64,000 bases of DNA, taken from Malacoraja senta (Eukaryota). The position numbers were made by a program, and so were the translations under genes. This document shows, piece after piece, positions 24,843 to 38,149 of the stretch. Positions within the stretch are counted from its first letter, which is position 1. Each line of letters begins with the position of its first letter. The stretch covers positions 1,986,001 to 2,050,000 of the forward strand of contig CM075992.1 in the NCBI GenBank assembly GCA_038087875.1. The letters are read 5' to 3'. The notes below the pieces were generated by a model. That model had not been told where the DNA came from, did not search any database, and saw nothing but the letters and a program-made list of their open reading frames with translations.

Positions 24843-25092
24843 TAAGCAGTCTGCACCCTAGTGGCATAAACATTGAATTCTCCAATTTCCGGTAGCCCTT
24901 GCTGTCTCCTCCCCTTTTCAGCTCTCCCTCAGCCCTCGGGCTCCTCCTCTTCCTTTTTCCTTTCTTCTCCCCGCCCCCCCCCCCCCCCCACCCTCCATCA
25001 GTCTGAAGAAGGGTTTTGGCCCGAAATGTTGCCTATTTCCTTCGCTCCATAGATGCTGCCTCACCCGCTGAGTTTCTCCAGCATTGTTGTCT
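24843..25092 (+). mobile_element. Penelope-like element 3' fragment
   Basis: SLHPSGINIEFSNFR plus terminal repeat. Confidence 0.75.
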
Positions 25093-25239
25093 AGATGCAA
25101 TACCACTTTGTGTCTGTTTATTCACACAGCTTGTGCTCCACCTTCAGACGGGTGACGCAGACCTGTCTCTAAATCCAGATGTCGCTCACACAGCCCGAAC
25201 ATAAGGGAATAACGTTTGGTGCTTGGGAAATGTGCTGAT

Positions 25240-25480
25240 CCCTGCACATTAACACTATCCTACACACACTAGGGACAATATACATTTATACCAAGCCAAT
25301 TAACCTACAAACCTGTACATCGTTGGAGTGTGGGAGGAAACCGAAGATCTCGGAGAAAACCCACGCAGATCACGGGGAGAACGTACAAACTCCATACAGA
25401 CAGCACCCGTAGTCAGGATCGAACCCAGGTCTCCGATGCTGTAAGGCAGAAGCTCTATTGCTGCGCCACCATGCCGCCCG
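25240..25480 (-). mobile_element. HE1-like V-SINE
   Basis: Core and head. Confidence 0.8.
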
Positions 25481-25980
25481 GAATACATAGATACATAGAA
25501 AATAGGTGCAGGAGTAGGCCATTCGGCCCTTCGAGCCTGCACCGCCATTCAATATGATCATGGCTGATCATCCAACTCAGTATCCCGTACCTGCCTTCTC
25601 TCCATACCCCCTGATCCCTTTAGCCACAAGGGCCACATCTAACTCCCTCTTAAATATAGCTTGCAAGGGCTACTTGAAATTAGAGAAGTTATGGTTCATA
25701 CCGCTGGGTTGTAAACTGCCCAAGCGAAGTATGCGTTATGTTCACTTGTGGTAGAGGATTCATTCTCGTTACTGGAGAAGAGTTCATGCTTGGGTGTTGA
25801 TGAAGCATTAGGTGTTAGTGTGTCGAAGGGTTAACGCTGCGATATGATGCCAGTCCCATTGTATTCTGGCCTTGGATGGTTTGAGCTGTCTGCCCACACA
25901 GAGCAACAGTAAGGGATTCACATCGCTGAGCTCCACACAAAGATCAGCGCACTTCATCAACAATTCGCGGTGTCAAGTAA

Positions 25981-26430
25981 TTGGAGACATGACGAGCTCA
26001 ACGCAAATGAGGCGTCATCATTACCACGGCCAAATGTTCCAGCACGACTGTAACTTAATTGCAGCGGTATTTCTGAGACCCATGAAGACGGATCATCGGA
26101 TGGAATTAAATAATGCCAGGTGGGGATGGGAGTCACAGCCAGAGCAAAACGATGGAGACACTTCTGCAATCAGAGCAAGGGAAGAGGTGGGTTGCTGAGA
26201 ACAAAGATGTACAACTTGTTGGCAGAACAGTACAGATGTCACACTGTAATTAATCAGCCTATTGAACAAGGATGGCTGTGGTTATTATCAATATAAAAAC
26301 TAATGAGGTGAACAGATCAGGATGGATGTGTTTCAGTACCATGTTACAGTGTGCCAGACTCCATTACTTCACTGATCAATCTGTCATGACATGAGTACAA
26401 CAAAATAAAAGTGTATTAAGGAACTTAAAG
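25981..26430 (+). repeat. ~450-bp non-TE-like segment, copy 1 of an inverted duplication
   Basis: Near-identical to the reverse complement of 59901-60341. Confidence 0.9.
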
Positions 26431-26871
26431 TGACAATGGTTATGTCGGAAGGAACTGCAGATGCTGGTTTCAATCGAAGATAGACACAAAATGCTGGAGT
26501 CATTCAGCAGGACAGGCAGCATCTCTGGAGAGAAGGAATGGGTGACGTTTCGGGTCGAGAACCTTCTTCAGACAATGACAATGGTTGTGTCTAAATGAGC
26601 ATCTCTCTTCAGAGCTCAGGAACAATGGGCCATTAATGACTCCACCCTTCCTGAGGTCATCTGTTGCTAGCCCTGTTTTCTGGCCTTCTCATGGAACTTG
26701 TCTGGGGAGATGTGCAATTGATCTTTTGCCTGGCTGAGCTGTCTGGAACTGGGGTCCTGGCTTCCAGAAGGGTCTCGAAGTCTGAAGAAGGGTCTCGACT
26801 TGAAACGTCACCTATTGTATTTCTCCAGAGATGCTGCATGACCTGCTGAGTTACTCCAACATTTTATGTCT

Positions 26872-27212
26872 ATCCACGGCCAGAGTGAGCAACACCGGAA
26901 ATTGGAGGAACAGCACCTCATATTCCGCTTGGGCAGTCTGCATCCTGGCGGCATGCACATTGAATTCTCCCAATTCCCGCTAGCCCTTGCTGTCTCCTCC
27001 CCTTCCCACCTCTCCCTCAGTTCTGGGGCTCCTCCTCCTCCTTTTTCCTTTCTTCTCCCCGCCTCCCCCCACCTCCCCAACAGTCTGAAGAAGGGTTTCG
27101 GCCCGAAACGTTGCCTATTTCCTTCGCTCCATAGATGCTGCTGCACCCGCTGAGTTTCTCCAGCATTTTTGTGTACCTTCGATTTTCCAACATCTGCAGT
27201 TCCTTCTTAAAC
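26872..27212 (+). mobile_element. Penelope-like element 3' fragment
   Basis: HGQSEQHRKLEEQHLIFRLGSLHPGGMHIEFSQF followed by the hammerhead-bearing terminus. Confidence 0.85.
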
Positions 27213-27504
27213 ATTTAATGTCTCAAGATAAGGCCTTTAGCCATTCAGTACCAAAAACAATTGTCTTCACCCAAAGGACAGTGCATCTTTGTAATTCCAT
27301 GCCTGAGGGTGGTGGAGGGACAGTTGCTGTGCTTATTTACGAATGATTAATAGATTTTTTTATGATATCAAATGTATGTGTTGGTGCCTATGGTGTTAGT
27401 GCAGGAACGAGGAAAATAACATGACCCTATTGAATAGTTGAGCAGGCCCTGGGGGCCAAATGGACAACTTCTGCTTCAAGTGGTCATGTGTTATTATGAG
27501 CGTA

Positions 27505-27790
27505 GATTAGTTTAGAGATACAGCGCAGAAACAGGCCCTTCGGCCCACCAAGTCCGCGCCGACCAGCACACTAGAGACTATCCGACACACGAAGGACAAT
27601 TTACAATTTTATCGGCCAATTAGCCTACAAACATGCACGTCTTTGGAATGTGGCTGGATAAGCCAATCGGTCACGGGGAGAGCGTGCGAGCAGCACCGTC
27701 TCCGTACAGACAGCACCCGTGGTCAGGATGGAACCAGGGTCCCTGGTGCTGCGAGGCAGCAACTCTACCTCTGCGTCACCGTGCCATGCT
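27505..27790 (-). mobile_element. HE1-like V-SINE
   Basis: Tail, core and head. Confidence 0.75.
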
Positions 27791-28606
27791 GGCCACGTAT
27801 CTGAAAGGAACGAGTTGTCAGGGCTGCGTGGCAAGGGTCGGTGTGTAGGATTGGCTGGATTGGTCTTAGATAGAGCCAGCATGCGCTCAGCGAGGCAAAA
27901 AGCATAAGGTTGCTTCGATTCTACGGAGGAATGCAGGCAGCACCATTAAATACACTTAATTTAGGATCATCATTAATTTCATTCTCGGTTAAAGGTCTGT
28001 GTCGTGTTCAGTTTCCAGCCTGAAATGTAAAAATGTTAAGCTGAATGGTTTTCCCTGAGTGAAGTCTTCCCTTTCATCATTTTAAGTCCCAGTAATAGAA
28101 ATATTGTGATTGATTGGCACTGGCAAAGGTCAGGTAAAAATAGTCCGATGCTGCAAACACTCGCTGACGTCAGTCATGCTGCTTGGTAGCAGCAATTGTG
28201 TACGTCTGGTTAAAGTGTAGGAGTAGATTGCACACTTGCCTGTTTCTCTGCTGTGAGTTGTGACTCTGTCATCTCTCTACCATGTGTCACCCTTCACACC
28301 TCAGTGAATTTTGCTGACTTTGCACGTCGCAGGGGAAGAAGGGTCTCGACCAGATACGTCACCCGTTCCTTCTCCCCAGAGATGCTGCCTGTCCCGCTGA
28401 GTTACTCCAGCTTTTTGTGTCTACCTACAGTGCAGCCATGATCTTTACTCTTCATAGTTACCTCTCTCCTTCCCCGTGATGACTAACGCTGGGTATAGGT
28501 TCCTCCAATGGACAATGGACAGAGGGATACTCATCTGCGACCTCAACAATATATTGCACAACTGTAACATAACTTGCCGACTTCCACTAGCCTTTTTCTC
28601 CACCCT

Positions 28607-29137
28607 GTTTAGTTTAGTTTAGTTCAGACAATAAACAATAGACAATAGGTGCAGGAGTAGGCCATTCGGCCCTTCAAGCCATTCAATGTGATCATGGCTG
28701 ATCATCCCCAATCAGTTAAGAGATACCGTGCGGAAACAGGCACTTTGGCCCACCGGCTCCGCACCGTCCAGAGATCTGTGCACATTTATACTTCCCTACA
28801 CACACTGGGGACAATGTAAGCCAATTAGCCTACAAACCTGTTAAAGAAGGAACTGCTACCTTCTCCCCACCCCCTATCAGTCTGAAGAAGGGTTTCGGCC
28901 CGAAACGTTGCCTATTTCCTTCGCTCCATAGATGCTGCTGCACCCGCTGAGTTTCTCCAGCATTTTTGTGTACCAGCCTACAAACCTGTACGTCTTTGGA
29001 GCGTGGGTGGATACCGAAGATCTCGGAGACAACCCCACGCAGGTCACGGGGAGAAGGTACAAACTCCGTGGTCAGGATTGAACCCGGGTCTCTGGCGCTG
29101 TAAGGCAGTAGCTCTACCTCTACGCCACCGGGCCGCC
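28607..29137 (-). mobile_element. HE1-like V-SINE with nested CR1 tail and Penelope repeat
   Basis: AGCCTACAAACCTGT duplicated at 28827 and 28975. Confidence 0.75.
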
Positions 29138-30956
29138 CTATCTGCCTGCAATAGCACTTCAGGGAACTGTGTTCTTGTATTCTGAGCTGCCGCTGCTCGA
29201 CAATAGACCCCCAGGCCCTTACCATTCACTTTGAATGTCCATCGTTACCTACTTGAAAATATTGCAATTGATTTAATAATGTTGAAGAAGAACGTCTGAA
29301 GAAGGGTTTCGGCCCGAAACGTTGCCTATTTCCTTCGCTCCACAGATGCTGCCTCACCCGCTGAGTTTCTCCAGCATTTTTGTCTACCTTCAATTTTCCA
29401 GCATCTACAGTTCCTTCTTAAACATTTTTAAAATATATTTAGGCAGGTACACGAGTAGGAAATATTTAGAAGGATATGGGCCAAATATCAGCAAATGAGG
29501 CTAACACAGATAGACATAGAAAAAATATATATAGGTGCAGGAGTAGGCCATTCAGCCCTTCGAGCCAGCACCACTATTCAATATGATCATGGCTGATCCT
29601 CTAAAATCAGTACCCCGTTCCTGCTTTTTCCCCATATCCCTTGATTCCTTTAGCCCAAAGAGCTAAATCTAACTCTCTTGAAAACATCCAGTGAATTGGC
29701 CTCCACTACCTTCTGTGGCAGAGAATTCCACAGATTCACAACTCTCTGGGTGAAGGAAGTTTTTCCTCATCTCAATCCTAAATGGCCCACCCCTTATTCT
29801 TAAACTGTTCTTCACACAGAGGCCAGTGACAGAGGTTTTCCTCATCTCAGTCCTAAATGTCCTACCCCTTATTTTTAAACTGTGACCCCCGGTTCTGGAC
29901 TCCCCCCAACACACAGAGAACATTTTTCCTGCATCTTGGCCAGCATTGCAGAGTTGGGCTGAAGGGCATGTTTCCACACTGTACGATTTTACGATCGTGG
30001 AAAACTCACATAAACCTGCCTCTCCAAAGATGCAGCACTTCCTTAGTACAGCATGAATTTCTGCTCCGTGGTCAAGTCTCTTCAACAAACAGCAATAACC
30101 TTTATATCCCAAATTCTAGAAGCCATGATTATAAAAATTACAGACACTTTCAACGTTGTAATCTACGGTGCCAACTACTCCCCTTGGCCTACTTGAAATA
30201 AATGGAAACATTAGACCAGATTTTATTATCAGATATACCAGTAGTTCCTTACATTTAATCTTTCTTGCAGCCATCTGTTTGATTTTACACTAAAAATGAA
30301 TAAGAACAGGAATAGAATATTTGTTTCAGTTTCAGTTCAGTTTAGTTTATTGGCACCTGTACCGGGGTAGAGTGAAAAGCTTTTTGTTGCGTGCTAACCA
30401 GTCAGCAGGAAGACAATACACGATTACAATCAATTCATTTAATCCATTTGACCCTTTGAGTTTATCAATTTTTTTTTTTTTTTTTGAAAATATTTTTTAT
30501 TGGAGATAAGTACACAACCTATTAACCTCATTACCAGTCTTACATTTTTGAATTGATAATATTGTCAATTATTATTACATTGTCTCCAATACCTTTTGCC
30601 TCTTTTTGTTTTTTTTTAAACTAGATAGAACTAAAAAGATAAATGAAGTCAAGAAAGAAAAGAGAGAGAAGAAAAGAGAGAGAAAGAAAAAAAAAAAAAA
30701 AATCCCATTCAACAAAACCATGGCTGACCATGTACCTCAACGCCATTTCTTACATTATCACATATCCACGGACTCCGTTAAGATTCAGAAATGTATGCAA
30801 TGACTGAACCTGCACAGATGGAGTATGACTGCATTTCAGTACTCTGAGTGAAGACATTGCTCCCCAGTGCCAAGCACCCTACCCCTTATTCTGAGACTGC
30901 GACCTCTAATTCTATTCTCCTCAGACATATCTCATTGTCACCTCATGAACACCAGT

Positions 30957-31250
30957 CACGGTGGCGCTGTGGTAGAGTTGCTGCCTCACAGCGCCAGAAA
31001 CACGGGTTCGATCCTGACTACGGGTGCTGTCTGTACGGAGTTTGTACCTTGTCCACATGATCTGTGTGGCTTTTCTCTGAGATCCTCAGCTTCCTCCAAA
31101 GGCGTACAGGTTTGTAGGTTAATTGTATTGGTATATATATAAAACTTGTCCCTAGTGTGTGTAGGGTAGTGTTAATGTGCAGGGATCACTGGTCAACGCG
31201 GACTCCGTGGGCCGATGGGCCTGTTTCCATACTATCTCTAAAGTCTAAAC
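30957..31250 (+). mobile_element. HE1-like V-SINE
   Basis: A/B boxes, core and tail. Confidence 0.8.
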
Positions 31251-31842
31251 TCTCCTAATCGAGGCCAACATGCAATGTGCCTTCCTAATTGCGTATTGCA
31301 CTTTAACGTTAGCTTGCAGCGATTTGTCTACAGGGACACCTAGGTCCCTCTGTGCATCAACATTACCAAAACTATTATTGAAAATATACCCTGTTTAACT
31401 GTTTTATGTACCAAAAATGATAACTTCACATTTTCCCACACAAGATTCCATCTGCGATGTTGTTGCCTGATCACCCAGCTTTGTTCATGAATGTCCCTTG
31501 TAACCACTTTACACCTTCCTCTGTAGGCAGAACCCCACCTGCTTATCTATCGTCAGCAAACTTAGGGGAAATGACTCTTTGATCCCCTCATGCAAATCTT
31601 TGATATTGATTGTGAATAGCTGGGGCCAAGTACCGGCACCTCTAAGATCCCACTGATTGAAGACTGCAACCTGAGAAAGATCCTATTACTCACTCTCTTT
31701 GACTGTTACCGGATAAGCAAGCAAAATATCCTGGAGGAGGCAATAGTAAGCCAATAAAATGGTGTTTCACACTTGTGTTTGCATTATGTACGTATGTCGG
31801 CGGAGTGTGAATACACTCAGATTTTGGATATTATATAGGGTC

Positions 31843-32161
31843 GACAAAAATGCTGGAGAAACTCAGCGGGTGAGGCAGCATCCATGGAGCGAAGGAATAG
31901 GTGACGTTTCGGGTCGAGACCCTTCTTCAGACTGATGTGGGGGTGGTGGGGGGGGGGGTGGGAAGAAGAAAGGAAGAGGCGGAGACAGTGGGCTGTGGGA
32001 GAGCTGGGAAAGGGGAGGAGAAGGTGGGAGAAAGCAGGGACTACCTGAAATTGGAGAAGTCAATTCATACTGCTGGGGTGTAAACTGCCCAAGCGAAATA
32101 TGAGGTGCTGCTCCTCCAATTTGCGGTGGGACTCAATCTGGCCATGGAGGAGGCCCAGGGC
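31843..32161 (-). mobile_element. Penelope-like element 3' fragment (diverged subfamily)
   Basis: Reverse complement matches the GIY-YIG C-terminus (…ggccatggaggaggcccagg) and the terminal repeat. Confidence 0.75.
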
Positions 32162-32708
32162 AGAAATTATATTATATTATATTATATATTGGGTATAGGA
32201 ATGTGGATCTGGGGAGCTGTGTGCTTGGTTGAATTTGGCGTACATGCATGTGGGACTGCACTGTATATGACCATGTGTTTGGGGCTGTGCTTGCACAGTT
32301 CACTGCTGATGGATTGTGCAACTTCTCTGATCCCTATCTTTCCTTTAGTTACTGTGCGGTCTTCTGCTATAATTGGATAACTAGTTCCCACAGCGCAGAT
32401 GTATTCTCATTATAGAATTATTGACTTTCCATCTTGCATTCTGTGCCGTGCAGAGTGAATTAGATGTTTGTCACATACTAAATTACATCGTTGGAGTAGG
32501 AGGGAGAAGAATTATTGGTCATTTTAACTTTAATTAAAATTAAATGTGAAGGTCCCTTGATAGTTCCTGCTGTGAATGTGCTGCCTGATGTGCCCACTTG
32601 GTTACAGCATTCTACCGGAAGCTGGGCGTCAATAGCGAGAAACTTCTTACAGGCTCCCGAGGCTATGAGAGATTCTGCAGAACTACTTTTTCTGAAGAAA
32701 GGTCTGGA

Positions 32709-33248
32709 CCAAATCTGAGGAAGGACATTATAGCCATAGGGGGAGTGCAGAGAAGGTTGACCAGACTGATTCCTGGGATGTCAGGACTTTCATATGAAGA
32801 AAGACTGGATAGACTTGGTTTATACTCGCTAGAATTTAGGAGATTGAGAGGGGATCTTATAGAAACATACAAAATTCTTATGGGGTTGGACAGGCTAGAT
32901 GCAGGAAGATTGTTCCCGATGTTGGGGAAGTCCAGGACAAGGGGTCACAGCTTAAGGATAAGGGGGAAATCCTTTAAGACCGAGATGAGGAAAAACTTTT
33001 TCACACAGAGAGTGGTGAATCTCTGGAACTCTCTGCCACAGAGGGTAGTTGAGGCCAGTTCATTGGCTATATTTAAGAGGGAGTTAGATGTGGCCCTTGT
33101 GGCTAAAGGGATCAGGGGGTATGGAGAGAAAGCAGGTACAGGATACTGAGTTGGATGATCAGCCATGATCATATTGAATGGCGGTGCAGGCTCGAAGGGC
33201 CGAATGGCCTACTCCTGCACCTATTTTCTATGTATCTATGTATCTATG
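32709..33248 (+). mobile_element. Young CR1-type LINE 3' fragment inserted into a Penelope hammerhead motif
   Basis: ctgaagaaaggtctgGACC [CR1] GACCtgaaacgtcacc. Confidence 0.9.
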
Positions 33249-33394
33249 ACCTGAAACGTCACCCATTCCTTCTCTCCAGAGATGCTGCCCGTCCTGCTGA
33301 GTTACTCCAGCATCGGTGTAAACCAGCATCTGCCATTCCTTACTATACCTACTTGTTTCTTTATCGCTCGCTCTCACCTCAAACAGGAGAGGGT

Positions 33395-33705
33395 AGGGTG
33401 GCACAGTGGCTCAGCGGGTAGAGCTGCTGCCTCACGGCGCCAGAGACACTTGTTCCATCTTGACTATTGTTGCCTCCTGTGTGGAGTTCCTGCGTTCTCC
33501 CTGTGGCCATGTGGGTTTCCTCTGGGTGCTCCAGTTTCCTTCCTCGTTCTAAAGACATGCAGGGTTGTAGGTTGTTTGGCCTCTGTGCACGCCTTTAGTG
33601 TGTAGGATGCAAATATGTGACAACATTGAACCCATGTACGGGTGATCGATGGTCAGCGTGTACTCAGTAGGGCCTGTTTCCATTCTGTATTTCTAAACTA
33701 AGACT
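33395..33705 (+). mobile_element. Diverged HE1-like V-SINE
   Basis: Head, core and tail recognisable. Confidence 0.7.
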
Positions 33706-34859
33706 TAGCTGATGATACAAGGAACTTCAGATGCTGGTCTACAAACTCAGCGGGTCAGGCAGTATCTCCGACTTGAGTATCTTCTGTTACTCTATTTCTC
33801 GAACATTTCCTGAATTATAAATTTTTGACAAGATTTTCTCAAATGCCCCCCCCCAAGTGTTAAGCTTCCTATAGCTTCCTTAAGCTTGCTGCAAAGTTAA
33901 AAATTATTTTCCTTGCACCAATCCAAAGTATGAATGTTGGAGATTACCTTGAATATGTGTTGGTTTCTTTCAGAGAAGCCGTTGGGTGCAGTAAGTTTGC
34001 AGGTCAGACAGAAACAGTTTAACCACATCCGACTCACATTCCCACAAGGACCACAATCGGAGCAGCAGTATGGCGAAACTCCTTACGCCTCATGCTCCCT
34101 TTGCTGTGAGTTGATAAAGTGTCATTTGAAGTGTGTAAAAGCAATGTAATTAAGGCAATTAAGGGTCTTGAGGGAGTTAGCAGTGAGAAGCAATGTCTTG
34201 TAGTGGGAAGGTCCTGATTAAGAGGGTTACATATTGAAATTAGAGCCAGACATCGAAACAAAGAAACATAGGCGCAGGAGTAGGCCATTCGGCCCTTTGA
34301 GCCAGCACCGCCATTCAATATGATCATGGCTGATCATCCAAAATCAGTACCCCGTTCCTGCTTTTTCCCCACATCCCTTGATTCCTTTAGCCCTAAGAGC
34401 TAAATCTAACTCTCTTGAAAACATCCAGTGAATTGGCCTCCACTGCCTTCTGTGGCAGAGAATTCCACAGATTCACAACTCTCTGGGTGAAGGAAGTTTT
34501 TCCTCATCTCAGTCCTAAATGGCCCACCCCTTATTCTTAAACTGTTCTTCACACAGAGGCCAGTGACATTTTGGAAACCCCTTCAGCATGAGCTGTTGCT
34601 GATGCTGGGAATAATTGACTTTTGTTGGCCAAGGATTTCAAAGTGAGAAGACTTCACCGTGCTCTCACGCCTACTCCATGGAGGTTGAGGTCACGTTTAG
34701 GAAGGAGATGTTTAGGAAGGAGAGGAGCAGGAATTTCTTCAGTCAGAGGGTGGCGAATCTGTGGAATTCATTCTCCACAGAAAGATGTGGAGGCCAAGTC
34801 AATGGATATTTTTAAGGAAGAGATAAATAGATTCATGATTAGTACTGGTGTCAGAAGTT

Positions 34860-35232
34860 ATAGAAACATAGAAACATAGAAAATAGGTGCAGGAGTAGGC
34901 CATTCGGCCCTTCGAGCCAGCACCGCCATTCAATATGATCATGGCTGATCATCCAACTCAGTATCCTGTACCTGCCTTCTCTCCATACCCCCTGATCCCT
35001 TTAGCCACAAGGGCCACATCTAACTCCCTCTTAAATATAGCCAATGAACTGGCCTCAACTACCTTCTGTGGCAGAGAATTCCACAGATTCACCACTCTCT
35101 GTGTGAAAAATGTTTTTCTCATCTCGGTCCTAAAAGATTTCCCCCTTATCCTTAAACTGTGACCCCTTGTTCTGGACTTCCCAACATCGGGAACAATCTT
35201 CCTGCATCTAGCCTGTCCAACCCCTTAAGAAC
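34860..35232 (-). mobile_element. CR1-type LINE 3' fragment nested in an older CR1 fragment
   Basis: Tail (AGAAACAT)n plus ORF2 end; older + strand CR1 pieces on both sides. Confidence 0.8.
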
Positions 35233-36534
35233 CCCTTATGGGGAGAAGGTAGGAGAATGGGGTTAAGAGGACAAGATAGATCAGCCATGATTGAATGGGG
35301 TTAAGAGGACAAGATAGATCAGACTTGATGGGCCGAATGGCCTAATTCTGCTCCTATCACTTATGTTCGACTCTTAACTTCCATGTCACTGGATCTTTCC
35401 CAGTGGCCACGGCAGATCTCTGCAGCGTCTAACAAATTTGCTGCTCCCTGGTGCGACAGGGAGGACGCACAGGCACTGTACTTGCGAAGAAACGTGGAAC
35501 AGATATCATCTTGGATTTGTGACCATTGTTGTCATCCCACAATGGCAAGCCCCTGCTGGACATACTCAAGATAGACAAAGAATGCTGGAGTAACTCAGCG
35601 GGACAGGCAGCATCTCTGGAGAGAAGGAATAGGGGGCGTTTCTGGTCGAGACCACTTCTTCAGACTAGGAGAGTCAGGGGAGAGGGAAACTAGAGATATG
35701 AAAAGGTCTGAAGAAGGGTTTCGGCCCGAAACGTTGCCCATTTCCTTCGCTCCGTAGATGCTGCCTCACCCGCTGAGTTTCTCCAGCAATTTTGTCTACC
35801 TTCGATTCTCCAGCATCTCCAGTTCCTTCTTGAACACATGAAAAGGTATAAAAGGAATGGTCTCCATCAATTCGTTCCATATTTCGTCAACGGTGTTCTC
35901 TCCAACTGTCTGGCTTTCCCAACTGTCAACGACTAAATTAGTGCAGTTGGACCCAACAGGTGAGAGGCAAGCAATGATCTGTGAACTTGATGAGCAAACA
36001 AAGTGATTAAAACATCAGTTAATTGCCTGATTCAATTAGCACCAAGTCAATTGCAGTCTTGCCAGCCGCCATCAGACGTCAGCTCTCAAGGTCAAAGTTG
36101 CTCTTGTGAGTAACTGCCAGAGGCTTTCGTGGGCTGACAGCTCAAATAAATTGTTGCAGGTACTCAGGTTGAAATATTGATTAGAAATAAGAGCCCCGAG
36201 CAAGATGTGGCTGACAGGAATCTATTGAACTCAACTGGAGCATCAAAGACACCGGCTGTCCATTGTTTAGCAATTACACAGAAGGGCAGCAAGGAGCAAA
36301 GGGCAGCAAGGAGCAAATCTCTCGGGGCATCCTCAGGGCCATTCACTTTATTAGACATCCTGACACATTGAAATCATCACTGCCACACTGCCAATCGATT
36401 CTGCTTCTTCTACAATCCAGTCTTATGCCAGTCTGTGCCTTCCCCACCTGAGGTACCGACTCTTCAAATGGGCAGCTGCTCCATTGGTATCTTTGTAACT
36501 CTGCTCTTCGTGTGGCAGTCCAAGTTCACTCACA

Positions 36535-37170
36535 CATGCACACACTTTACACACAATCGCATACACACGTACAGCACACAATGTCTCTCTCCCCCGCACA
36601 CATACACACGCACGCACACACGTACACACATGCACAAACACACACATGCACACACACATGCACACATGCACACATGCACAAACACACACACATGCACACA
36701 CACATATACAAACACACACATGCACACACACATATACAAACACACACATACATGCACAAACACGCACACGTACACACATGCACAAACACACACACATGCA
36801 CACACACATGCACAAACACGCACACGTACACACACATATACAAACACACACATACATGCACAAACACGCACACGTACACACATGCACACACACATGCACA
36901 CATGCACAAACACACACACATGCACACACACATGCACAAACACACACACATACACACATATACACACACACATATACACAAACACACACATACACATGCA
37001 CAAACACACACATATACACAAACACACACACATGCACACACACATGCACAAACACACACACACGCACACACACATATACACAAACACACACATACACATG
37101 CACAAACACACACACATGCACACACACATGCACACAAACACACACAAACACACACACACACACACACATG
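36535..37170. repeat. Compound CA-rich microsatellite (CACACATG/CACAAA/CATA)
   Basis: Direct inspection; source of the spurious H/T- and C/V-rich ORFs. Confidence 0.95.
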
Positions 37171-38048
37171 TGATCTCTGTACAACACCAATTCTTTCTCT
37201 CTCTATCTCTCACACACAATAACAACATCTATACAGGTTATGGAGACACAAAGAACTGCATAAGCCGGTTTACAATGAAAGACATAATGTACTGGAGTAA
37301 CTCAGCGGGCCGGGCACCATCCCTGAAGAACATGGATAGGTGATATTTCAGATCCAGACCTTTCTTCAGGCTAAAGAAGGGTCCCAACCTGAAACGCCAC
37401 CAATCCACATTCTCCTGGGATGCTCCCTGACCCGCTGAATTACTCCAGCACTTTGTGTCTTTCTTCAACAACATTTATAACCCTGGCTTAGTTATAATCC
37501 TGTAGGAATCCAGTTCCTGAGGCTCAGCCATGCACTGCTTTAACCTCAGATCTATCAGCTGGATCATAGTGTTACAGCACAGAAACAGGCCAAGTGCCCA
37601 TCTAAGCATGTCCCATTTGCCCACATTTGCCCCATACCCTCTAAACCTTTCCAATCCATATACTGGTCCAGATGTCTTTTAAATGTTGTTAAAGGTTTTT
37701 TTATTGTACCTGCCTCAAGAACTTCATCTGGCAGCATGTTCCAAATACCCACCATCCACTGTATAAACATATTTGCCTTTGGGTTCCTATTAAATCATCT
37801 CTCTCTCACACAGCTCCTCCTATGACTGCTCATTGATGTGATTCTTAAGGCCACGCCGGTTCAGCTATTTTCTCATCGTGTCACCGAGATCTACTCTGCT
37901 GTGCCCCATACTGTGGGTGTGAAAATGCAGAGCGACTTCACCTTGAGTGTTAGACACAACAGCCGCCCGGGGTGGCCCGGCAAACACCAGCTCTCTAATG
38001 ATGCGGGCCATGTGTTCACAGAACACTGCCTCCCTGCTCTGAGAAAAA

Positions 38049-38084
38049 GGGTCTGAAGAAGGGTCTCGACCCGAAACGTCACCC
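38049..38084 (+). ncRNA. Minimal hammerhead ribozyme motif of a Penelope-like element terminal repeat (representative of many copies)
   Basis: GGGU CUGAAGA A GGGU-CUCG-ACCC GAAA CG UC ACCC: conserved core CUGANGA/GAAA, stem II, a vestigial palindromic stem III (ACGU), a GUC triplet and a 4-bp stem I. The variant CTGAAGAAGGGTTTCGGCCCGAAACGTTG occurs in the GIY-YIG-bearing subfamily. Confidence 0.7.
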
Positions 38085-38149
38085 ATTCCCTTCTCTCCAG
38101 AGATGCTGCCTGGCCCCGCTGAGTTACCCCAGCATCTTGCGCCCATCTT

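Noticed and set aside
25872..26198. Paralogous small ORFs at 25872(+) and 60133(-)
   Set aside because: Similarity simply reflects the nucleotide-level inverted duplication; no recognisable protein
36423..37343. Long His/Thr- and Cys/Val-rich ORFs (up to 302 aa)
   Set aside because: Translations of a CA microsatellite, open in all frames
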